DNA of 26,225 nucleotides, taken from IMG/VR virus record IMGVR_UViG_638341087_000002; one strand, 5' to 3'. Below are positions 19,309-25,202 of the stretch, piece after piece (within the stretch, counting starts at the first letter, position 1; the number at the start of each line of letters is the position of its first letter). Made by a program: the position numbers and the translations under genes. Source of the stretch: a virus (lineage: Duplodnaviria > Heunggongvirae > Uroviricota > Caudoviricetes). The notes under the pieces were generated by a model, which worked only from the letters and a program-made list of their open reading frames with translations, was not told where the DNA came from and searched no databases.

Positions 19309-19475
19309 AACTTCCCCTGAAAATTATGTAAATACACGCCAGTGATGAACAAAAAACAATCAACTTCGACACTAAAAAATTTTATTATGATATATATCAA
19401 TGATTTACACTGGTGGTGATGGTGCCATAAAAATCAAAAAATGCGCCTTTTTCCGCGCCGCCCGCCCCGTGTTCA
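19309..19475. other. Candidate cos region (cosB AT-rich segment plus cosN-like GC-rich core)
   Basis: AT-rich 130 bp with A-tracts next to the terS start, then GC-rich CGCGCCGCCCGCCCC (about 19451-19468), which shares the core CGCCGCCC with the lambda cohesive-end sequence GGGCGGCGACCT (complement). Positional analogy to lambda cos-Nu1. Confidence 0.4.
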
Positions 19476-19726
19476 GGCCCACCACACCAGGAGGACCCGA
19501 AAAATGATAATGGTTATCATTTGTAATGTAGTCCGGTTTCTTCCACCATCGCACCGGACCAGCGACTATGAGGGGACAACGCCGCGCTCCGTTAACGCGG
19601 TAAACCCCGGTGTGTATCGTTTTTGATTATCCCCGCACACTCGCGCAGAGGAGTCTCCCTGTCGGGCTGCGGTCTCTGTTAATACGGGAATACGGCGACA
19701 ATACCGCGCATGGATAATAAGGTCGC

Positions 19727-19951
19727 TCAACACACTGGCTGTAATGCAGCGGATACCATGCGGCATTTAGCGGCATTCATCGTACACTCCACGGTTAGCT
19801 CTTCATTCGTGGCATTCACCCGAAAGGTCCGGGAGTGTAATTGCGTACATTTACCACTGAACGAACCTTCAACAAGAACACGACCACGCTGCAAAATACG
19901 GAACGGAATTGTTCCCTGAAAAGGCTTTACGGTTACCAGTAATTTCTTCAT
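19727..19951 (-). CDS. Hypothetical 74-aa protein between Rz and cos
   Basis: ATG at 19949-19951 preceded by GGAG SD; MKKLLVTVKPFQGTIPFRILQRGRVLVEGSFSGKCTQLHSRTFRVNATNEELTVECTMNAAKCRMVSAALQPVC; not recognisable as bor or any family I know. Confidence 0.45.
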   Translation of the reverse strand: MKKLLVTVKPFQGTIPFRILQRGRVLVEGSFSGKCTQLHSRTFRVNATNEELTVECTMNAAKCRMVSAALQPVC

Positions 19952-19974
19952 GCATTCTCCGGATAACAAAAATA

Positions 19975-20442
19975 CTAGTTAATACACTGAGTGCGGATAT
20001 ATTCCTGCGCCCCTTCCAGCTGCTTCTGCATCATCATCAACCGTTCTCTGAGGATGAAATAATCCCGTTCAGCGGTGTCTGCCAGTCGGGGGCCGGTTGC
20101 ATTATCCACGCCGGAGGTGCCGGTGGCTTCACGCACGGTACCGTGGCAGGTGGCGTTGATCCGCAGGCGCTTACGACCAGCGGCAACATCAGCACGCAGA
20201 GTTTCATTTTCAGCTCTCGCATCGGCTAATTCCTTCGAGTATTTTGCATCGAGCGCAGCAACATCACGCTGACGCACCTGCATGTCAGTAATGGTGGCAT
20301 TCGCCTGTTCCAGCTCTCTGGCTTTTTTATCGCGCTGCGCTTTGTAGGTGATGGCGTTATCGCGGTAATGATTAACAGCCCATAACAGACAGACGATGAT
20401 GCAGATAACCAGAGCGTAAATAATCGCGGTTACTCTTCTCAC
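19975..20442 (-). CDS. Rz: Spanin, inner-membrane subunit Rz (i-spanin)
   Basis: Strong similarity to lambda Rz ([38 protein letters not shown]...[15 protein letters not shown]). Start set at the GTG at 20440-20442, which overlaps the endolysin stop codon (GTGA); the track's TTG at 20460 is an alternative. Confidence 0.85.
   Translation of the reverse strand: MRRVTAIIYALVICIIVCLLWAVNHYRDNAITYKAQRDKKARELEQANATITDMQVRQRDVAALDAKYSKELADARAENETLRADVAAGRKRLRINATCHGTVREATGTSGVDNATGPRLADTAERDYFILRERLMMMQKQLEGAQEYIRTQCIN
20037..20222 (-). CDS. Rz1: Spanin, outer-membrane lipoprotein subunit Rz1 (o-spanin), embedded in Rz in the +1 frame
   Basis: 61-aa [64 protein letters not shown] with lipobox LVVSAC and a proline-rich mature part; close match to lambda Rz1. 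Confidence 0.85.
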   Translation of the reverse strand: MRELKMKLCVLMLPLVVSACGSTPPATVPCVKPPAPPAWIMQPAPDWQTPLNGIISSSENG

Positions 20443-20972
20443 TGATCTATCCCCCAACAAGCTAATGCGCTTTCCTGGTCACGACGAATAACCTGTCCGT
20501 AGCAGTTATTTGAACGTGTGCGGCAATCACGCCCACCGTCCTTAATCCACCAGCGAATCGCCTCACACGCCCCCCTGCGATCGCCTGCATTAATTCGTTT
20601 ATAAAACGTCGACGGGAAACACTTACCTGGGCCAATGTTGTAAGGACAGAATGACGCAATACCCGCTTTCTGGGGTTCAGTCAGTGGCACTTTGATGTTT
20701 TTCTCCACCCATGCCAGCGCCTTATCACGCTCAATGGCGTTAACCTGGTCGCATTTCCCCTTCGACAGCTTCATGCCAGGAATAACAGGCTTACCATCCA
20801 CCCGGGTGGCTCCACGGCAGATGGTCCAGATACCCGCACCATCACGGTATGCCGTGGTGTGGTTGCCTTCCTTTTCATCCAGAAACTGGTCGAGGATTTC
20901 AGGCGCAGAAGCACCTGCGGCAATCAGCGCCAGAACGGCAGCCGATAAACCATAGCGGAGTTTCCTGCTCAT
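20439..20972 (-). CDS. R: SAR endolysin (T4-lysozyme family, glycoside hydrolase family 24) with N-terminal signal-anchor-release domain
   Basis: 177 aa; weakly hydrophobic Gly/Ala-rich N-terminus ([17 protein letters not shown]) followed by an E-x8-D-x5-T catalytic triad ([16 protein letters not shown]), as in the phage 21 and 933W endolysins. Confidence 0.85.
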   Translation of the reverse strand: MSRKLRYGLSAAVLALIAAGASAPEILDQFLDEKEGNHTTAYRDGAGIWTICRGATRVDGKPVIPGMKLSKGKCDQVNAIERDKALAWVEKNIKVPLTEPQKAGIASFCPYNIGPGKCFPSTFYKRINAGDRRGACEAIRWWIKDGGRDCRTRSNNCYGQVIRRDQESALACWGIDQ

Positions 20973-20976
20973 CAGC

Positions 20977-21192
20977 TTACTCTCCCCGTGCCGCCTTACG
21001 CCTGTCCTCTCTGATTTTGAAATACAGGTTCGTCAGGTACGTCAGCAGACCAAACAGCAGACTCCCCAGCACGCCTATTGCCGCCCACTGAGACGGGGAA
21101 ACCCTGTCCAGCAACTGCAGGAACCAGTAGCCCGTTCCCACCGCTGACGTGGTGTATGACACACCTGTTGTGATTTTTTCCATCTGGTACAT
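20977..21192 (-). CDS. S: Class II holin (pinholin, S21-like) with dual start motif
   Basis: 71 aa [71 protein letters not shown]; essentially the S21/933W holin as I remember it; Met1 and Met4 suggest antiholin/holin dual starts; GGGAG SD upstream. Confidence 0.9.
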   Translation of the reverse strand: MYQMEKITTGVSYTTSAVGTGYWFLQLLDRVSPSQWAAIGVLGSLLFGLLTYLTNLYFKIREDRRKAARGE

Positions 21193-21268
21193 ACCCCGTC
21201 TCCCGCAATCCGGAAGCTCACAACATGAAAAAGGCCAGCAGCTGTTTACTGATGGCCCTGACTCCCCG

Positions 21269-21541
21269 TTACAGCATCATGACCGATTCGGGTTGAGGTT
21301 CAGTCGCATCGGCGACCGGTGATTCAGGCTGAACTTCACCGCTCTCTGCGGTGGTATCTCCCGCTTCAGTCGGTGGCTCTGCCTGTACACCAAGCAGCTC
21401 ATCCAGAATGGCATCAACCTCTGCATCAAGACGCGCTTCCAGGTTATGGCGAAGTTTTTGTTTCAGTGCACTCAGGACTTCTTCAGAGCGCAGGACTTCC
21501 TTCACTGCCTCAGCAGTGACCAGGGATGTAATTTCTGACAT
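21269..21541 (-). CDS. Hypothetical acidic 90-aa protein
   Basis: Internal ATG at 21539-21541 of the 148-aa track ORF chosen because the upstream part overlaps another plausible ORF; [51 protein letters not shown]... helical N-terminus, Glu/Pro-rich acidic tail. Weak SD. Confidence 0.45.
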   Translation of the reverse strand: MSEITSLVTAEAVKEVLRSEEVLSALKQKLRHNLEARLDAEVDAILDELLGVQAEPPTEAGDTTAESGEVQPESPVADATEPQPESVMML

Positions 21542-21581
21542 GGGATTTTCTCGTCGAAAGGTGTGATTAAGAAAGTTGCCG

Positions 21582-21761
21582 CTAAATGAGCGGCTCTTCG
21601 GGTTTGCTTCCGGCTGACTGACTGGCGCTGATTTTCTCAGCGGCCCTTTTGTCAATCTGTCTGCGCCAGACGTCACGCATGGCCCTGTACCCACCCGAAA
21701 GGAGATACAGCACACAGACCACCGTACAGAAGTACAGCATTAACTGGTTCAGAAATGTCAT
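21582..21761 (-). CDS. Hypothetical 59-aa single-TM membrane protein
   Basis: ATG at 21759-21761 preceded by GGAAAG; MTFLNQLMLYFCTVVCVLYLLSGGYRAMRDVWRRQIDKRAAEKISASQSAGSKPEEPLI (hydrophobic N-terminal segment then basic region). Below the 60-aa cut-off of the supplied track. Confidence 0.4.
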   Translation of the reverse strand: MTFLNQLMLYFCTVVCVLYLLSGGYRAMRDVWRRQIDKRAAEKISASQSAGSKPEEPLI

Positions 21762-21896
21762 AATTTCTTTCCGTTATTGTTGACAATAAGAACTGTTTTC
21801 ATTAAAAAACCAGAGTACGAAAGTATCGTTCCTTTATTTTTTCTCCATAGGTATCACCACCGCCAGCGTCCATTCCTGTCGATGGCGGTTTTTTTA

Positions 21897-23843
21897 TCAT
21901 GCCGCAGTGTCTGTGCTGTTCACTTCCACCGCAATGCTGTCTATCAGTACCGGGTAAGTCGCACCTCTGGTAATGTCTGTCACATGCAGTTTATCCGCCG
22001 CAAAGGCACTGACCGGTGACTGCGTCAGCGTGAACGGTGTGCCATCCTGACCATCAATAACCGGCGTCACCTGCAGGCTGTTATTCCCGGCAAAGCGGAA
22101 AGCCAGCGTATGCCATTCGTTATCAAATGCGCCAAAGGTTCCCAGTTTCAGGTTGTTTGTCGCCACTTTCGCATTGTGGTACATCACATTCAGGTCTTTT
22201 GCATCTGTCTGGATGTAGAACGCTGCCAGCAGGTTATTCCCCCCGTCTCCGGTCAGGGCAACGCCCTGTGGCAGTGAAGATACCGGCCAGTAAAACGCCA
22301 TAACATACTGGTTCGCAGCCAGCNCTCCCGAAACCTTAAAGCGGCAGCGAATCTGCCCCCCTTTCTGTAACAGAGCCGCACCGTTGCCCGCGGCGTACTC
22401 CAGCACCCAGCTGCTTTTACCGGCTTCCTTGGTCAGCTTCACTGCCTTACCTCCGGTTCCCTCCGCATCGCTGACCACTTCTGCCCTGCCGCCACTGGCT
22501 GACCATCCCTGTACTTTCAGGCTTCCCTCTGACTCGCTGGCAAGGTAAGAGAGCAGTGTTGTGACGCCTGTGGCTTCTGCACCGGAAGGCGATGACGGGC
22601 GCACCTCTGATACTGTCGATGATGCCCCCGCGTTTAGCGCCACTCTTCCCGCATGGCGCAAAATCGCCGTTGCCAGACGGTCGGAAATAATCCCGCGGCG
22701 AGCCCATGAACTGAAATGGCTCGCCCTGTCCTGTGACGTCCAGGTGGCTGAGCTGTCACGCCATTTCGAACCGTAATATCCGATACCCGGAATGTCCGGG
22801 TCTTCTTCCGGTTTGTTCGTCGGCACATTCACCCCGTTCTCATCCGTCATGAACGGTACGAAATGGATATTCTTTTCCGTTTTGTTTTTGTAGCTGCCGT
22901 ACACCGTCTGGTACGTGGATTCGTTCTTCTGCTTCCAGAAATACGTCGTATCTCCACATATCCAGGGAACACCGCCAGCAGAGCCNCCGACGCACTGACC
23001 TGCCATATCCGCCAGGTCTGCACGGAATTTATCAACCAGCGCACCAAACTGTGCTGCGTGATTTACCGGCGTACCGCCAAAATCAAATTCCCCCTGCATC
23101 CACNCCACGGCAAACAGCACATTTTTCGGGTTCTTCTTCAGTGCTGCTTTTGTTCGACCGATAAGGTCCTTATACAGCGGCTTGTCCACACCCCAGCGGG
23201 TTGAATTCTCCGAGGCACCACTCGCGTCACTGTATGTGCCATCAGCTCCGGTGGTGAACGCTGAACCACCACGACAGCACGGAACCAGCAGAATGCCCGC
23301 ATTCGCCGGTATAAACGGCAGCAGTTTTTTGGCGATATGCAGCCCCTGCCCCACGGTTCCGTACTGCCCCTTTGACAGGTCCGCTTTCGGATGGTTAAGG
23401 CGGCTCATGTCCTGCACATCATGCAGACAATGGTCCGCCGGAATGATGTCGTTATATTTACAGGCGACACCGCCCGGTGTCACCGTACTGCGACGCGCCA
23501 GCTGCTTAATGCGCAGGTCCGGACGGTCATATGTCTCCGGCAGCGGAAGGCCTTCACCATATGCCATGCTGTTTGACTGCCCCGCCAGAACCACAACAAA
23601 GTAATACTCCGGGTCTCTGGTGGCGCTGATTACTGTGCCTTCTCCATCCGACGGCTTCACCACAACAGGTGTGCTCACATCACCTTCTGCGACAATCGCC
23701 TGAATAAGTGCTGCGCCATCATCCGTATACGAAGAAAACGGCCCGCCGTATGGTTGCCATCCTTCACGAATTTTTTGAGCAAGTGCATCAGCAAGGTCTG
23801 ACGGCGACACCGCCCTGACCACATCATAATGTTTAATCGACAT
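21897..23843 (-). CDS. nanS-p: Prophage sialate O-acetylesterase NanS-p-like (SGNH/SASA hydrolase core with N- and C-terminal accessory domains); contains ambiguous bases
   Basis: 648-aa ORF; GQSN-type motif (VLAGQSNSMAYGEG) characteristic of sialate O-acetylesterases; size and location (between the tRNA/toxin locus and the holin) match the yjhS/nanS homologue of Stx phages. Three N bases (22325, 22986, 23104). Confidence 0.8.
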   Translation of the reverse strand: MSIKHYDVVRAVSPSDLADALAQKIREGWQPYGGPFSSYTDDGAALIQAIVAEGDVSTPVVVKPSDGEGTVISATRDPEYYFVVVLAGQSNSMAYGEGLPLPETYDRPDLRIKQLARRSTVTPGGVACKYNDIIPADHCLHDVQDMSRLNHPKADLSKGQYGTVGQGLHIAKKLLPFIPANAGILLVPCCRGGSAFTTGADGTYSDASGASENSTRWGVDKPLYKDLIGRTKAALKKNPKNVLFAVXWMQGEFDFGGTPVNHAAQFGALVDKFRADLADMAGQCVXGSAGGVPWICGDTTYFWKQKNESTYQTVYGSYKNKTEKNIHFVPFMTDENGVNVPTNKPEEDPDIPGIGYYGSKWRDSSATWTSQDRASHFSSWARRGIISDRLATAILRHAGRVALNAGASSTVSEVRPSSPSGAEATGVTTLLSYLASESEGSLKVQGWSASGGRAEVVSDAEGTGGKAVKLTKEAGKSSWVLEYAAGNGAALLQKGGQIRCRFKVSGXLAANQYVMAFYWPVSSLPQGVALTGDGGNNLLAAFYIQTDAKDLNVMYHNAKVATNNLKLGTFGAFDNEWHTLAFRFAGNNSLQVTPVIDGQDGTPFTLTQSPVSAFAADKLHVTDITRGATYPVLIDSIAVEVNSTDTAA

Positions 23844-23919
23844 CGAATTTCTCCCGTGTAGAGGAACAGAGTTAAAAAGCCGGAAGCGGAATCAAATCAC
23901 AGGATGACCATCTGCCAGT

Positions 23920-23948
23920 GGCTGGTCGTAAAAAAAAGGCCGCGCCAT
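23920..23948 (-). terminator. Candidate intrinsic terminator upstream of nanS-p
   Basis: Minus strand GGCUGCGC-AUG-GCGCGGCC (one G-U wobble) followed by a U8 tract; about 80 nt upstream of the nanS-p start. Confidence 0.5.
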
Positions 23949-24157
23949 GCGCAGCCGAAAATAAAGGGATAACGATGATAGTTTGAGAAAAACAGAAATA
24001 ACACTTTTGTGGCAAAGCATGGTGCCGGGTGCCTCCCGGTGAATTCAGTATCAGCACCTGAATCCGCGATTACCCCATATTCCTTCTTGCTGATTGCCCC
24101 ACCGCACAGGGGGATTCACCATGCAGAAGTGTTTTTAATAAACAGCAAACAAAAAAA

Positions 24158-24325
24158 TCAAGCATTATGCAGGCTGTTTCTTTTTATCACCGGCCACAGC
24201 AATACCATAATGCCGCAGACCAGCACCCCATCCGCCAGCACCGACATGATTCTGCTGGTGAAATCCACCATCACCACCAGAAACAGCAGGAGTGCAGCCA
24301 CAGCCAGGCGCAGTTTTACCGTCAC
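24158..24325 (-). CDS. Hypothetical 55-aa two-TM small membrane protein, start codon overlapping the TerB-like stop
   Basis: GTG at 24323-24325 overlaps the TerB-like stop (GTGA) with GGAG 8 nt upstream; VTVKLRLAVAALLLFLVVMVDFTSRIMSVLADGVLVCGIMVLLWPVIKRNSLHNA has two hydrophobic segments. Not in the supplied track in this frame. Confidence 0.3.
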   Translation of the reverse strand: MTVKLRLAVAALLLFLVVMVDFTSRIMSVLADGVLVCGIMVLLWPVIKRNSLHNA

Positions 24326-24753
24326 AGGTGATTCTCCAGACGAAGACCCAGAACACCGGCAATCTCTTCCAGCACCTTGCGCTCTTCCGGCTCAATTTCG
24401 CCGTCTGCCTCCGCAATGGCCACCGCCACATCCAGCACATCTTCCGCTTCACGCGTATCGTGTTTCACATCCTCAATCTCGCGTAACGCGGCACGACGAC
24501 CAATTTTAAAATTGGTATCCAGCTGACCGATAATAGTTGCGCTAATCGCATTAATTTCCGAGGTAAACGCAGACAACGCAGGCTGATTACGTAAGACCTG
24601 TTCGATCTTCGCTTTCTCGGATGCCTCGCATTCACCATCTGCATAGGCCACCAGGTATGCAGCGTTAATCACCGCCTGTGCCAGATCGCGTTTCTCAAAC
24701 TTTTTAATTTCCGCTGCCGCTCTGCGGGTTTTCTTTTTGAAGATTCCAAACAT
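24322..24753 (-). CDS. TerB-like domain protein (tellurite-resistance TerB family fold), 143 aa
   Basis: ATG at 24751-24753 with AGGAA SD (track ORF starts at an upstream GTG). Two repeats of the TerB-type motif: AYADGECEASEKAKIEQVL and AEADGEIEPEERKVLEEIAGVLGL. Confidence 0.55.
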   Translation of the reverse strand: MFGIFKKKTRRAAAEIKKFEKRDLAQAVINAAYLVAYADGECEASEKAKIEQVLRNQPALSAFTSEINAISATIIGQLDTNFKIGRRAALREIEDVKHDTREAEDVLDVAVAIAEADGEIEPEERKVLEEIAGVLGLRLENHL

Positions 24754-24884
24754 CGTGACGTTCCTTTGGGTGGGTGAGCCAACGCCCGGGAGCGATCTGC
24801 CCACAGAGAAAGTCACACTGACCACTCCGTAAGCTCACCCCCGAAAGGCTCTGTGGTTGATATGCGCCGGGCGTGGCGCAGATA

Positions 24885-24909
24885 CAAAAAAGGCCCGCCG
24901 AAGCGAGCC
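24885..24909 (-). terminator. Intrinsic terminator downstream of the tRNA cluster
   Basis: Minus strand GGCUCGC-UUCG-GCGGGCC (UUCG tetraloop, one G-U pair) followed by UUUUUUG, about 14 nt after the last tRNA. Confidence 0.6.
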
Positions 24910-24922
24910 TGGAAAATAAGTG

Positions 24923-24999
24923 TGGCGCGTTGTAGTGGAGTCGAACCACTGACCGATTGCTTAGAAGGCAATTGCTCTGTCCGACTGAGCTAACAACGC
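24923..24999 (-). tRNA. argN: tRNA-Arg (anticodon UCU, reads AGA/AGG)
   Basis: Hand-folded cloverleaf: acceptor GCGTTGT/ACAACGC, D-arm GCTC..GAGC, anticodon stem ATTGC/GCAAT with loop CTTCTAA, T-arm AGTGG-TTCGACT-CCACT, discriminator G, encoded CCA. Confidence 0.8.
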
Positions 25000-25012
25000 A
25001 TGATGCTGATAA

Positions 25013-25089
25013 TGGACCGCCATCGGGGACTTGAACCCCGCGCAGCCAGCTTCGAAGGCTGGCGCTCTGTCCCGATGAGCTAATGGCGG
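25013..25089 (-). tRNA. argO: tRNA-Arg (anticodon UCG, reads CGA/CGG); atypical C1:G72 and U73
   Basis: Hand-folded cloverleaf: acceptor CCGCCAT/ATGGCGG, D-arm GCTC..GAGC, anticodon stem CCAGC/GCTGG with loop CTTCGAA, T-arm CGGGG-TTCAAGT-CCCCG, encoded CCA. Gene symbol assigned by position only. Confidence 0.65.
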
Positions 25090-25098
25090 TATGTGATA

Positions 25099-25174
25099 TG
25101 GTGGCCCTTGCTGGATTTGAACCAGCGACCTGGCGATTATGAGTCGCTCGCTCTCACCACTGAGCTAAAGGGCC
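25099..25174 (-). tRNA. ileZ: tRNA-Ile2 (anticodon CAU, lysidine-type, reads AUA)
   Basis: 76 nt GGCCCTTTAGCTCAGTGGTGAGAGCGAGCGACTCATAATCGCCAGGTCGCTGGTTCAAATCCAGCAAGGGCCACCA; near-identical to E. coli ileX/ileY as remembered; anticodon loop CTCATAA. Confidence 0.85.
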
Positions 25175-25202
25175 GAGCCAAAAAATAATAATCAGATGAA
25201 AA

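Noticed and set aside
20996-21208. 70-aa minus-strand ORF overlapping the holin in another frame
   Set aside because: It is an out-of-frame shadow of the holin gene; the holin frame reproduces the S21/933W holin.
21269-21715. 148-aa track ORF as a single gene
   Set aside because: The N-terminal 57 residues are low-complexity and overlap, out of frame, a compact ORF with a convincing TM segment (21582-21761). Split into two small genes, at moderate confidence only.
24165-24452. 95-aa minus-strand track ORF overlapping the 3' end of the TerB-like gene
   Set aside because: Trp/Arg/Gly-rich unlikely sequence in an alternative frame; the overlapping hydrophobic 55-codon frame with SD-coupled GTG is more plausible, though still unproven.
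974-24509. Plus-strand track ORFs of 60-324 aa inside minus-strand genes (for example 974-1273, 1871-2344, 5367-6341, 7231-8088, 8978-9442, 10487-11206, 13011-13691, 16913-17485, 22863-23204, 24009-24509)
   Set aside because: All lie antisense to, and fully inside, well-supported conserved phage genes; their compositions (Arg/Pro/Ser/Cys-rich) are typical of spurious antisense frames in GC-rich coding DNA, and none has a convincing SD.
24322-24825. Longer TerB-like ORF starting at the GTG at 24825
   Set aside because: The added N-terminal 24 residues are not protein-like and lack an SD; the ATG at 24753 has an AGGAA SD.
24864-24880. Second hairpin GCGCC-GGGCGT-GGCGC upstream of the TerB-like gene as a terminator
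   Set aside because: It has no U-tract on either strand; it could be a structural or operator element but there is no support for termination.
23844-24921. Shiga toxin genes stxA/stxB at the canonical site between the tRNA cluster and nanS-p
   Set aside because: No ORF of appropriate size or character (about 319-aa A subunit with an N-glycosidase active site, about 89-aa B subunit with signal peptide) exists on either strand; the interval holds the TerB-like module instead.
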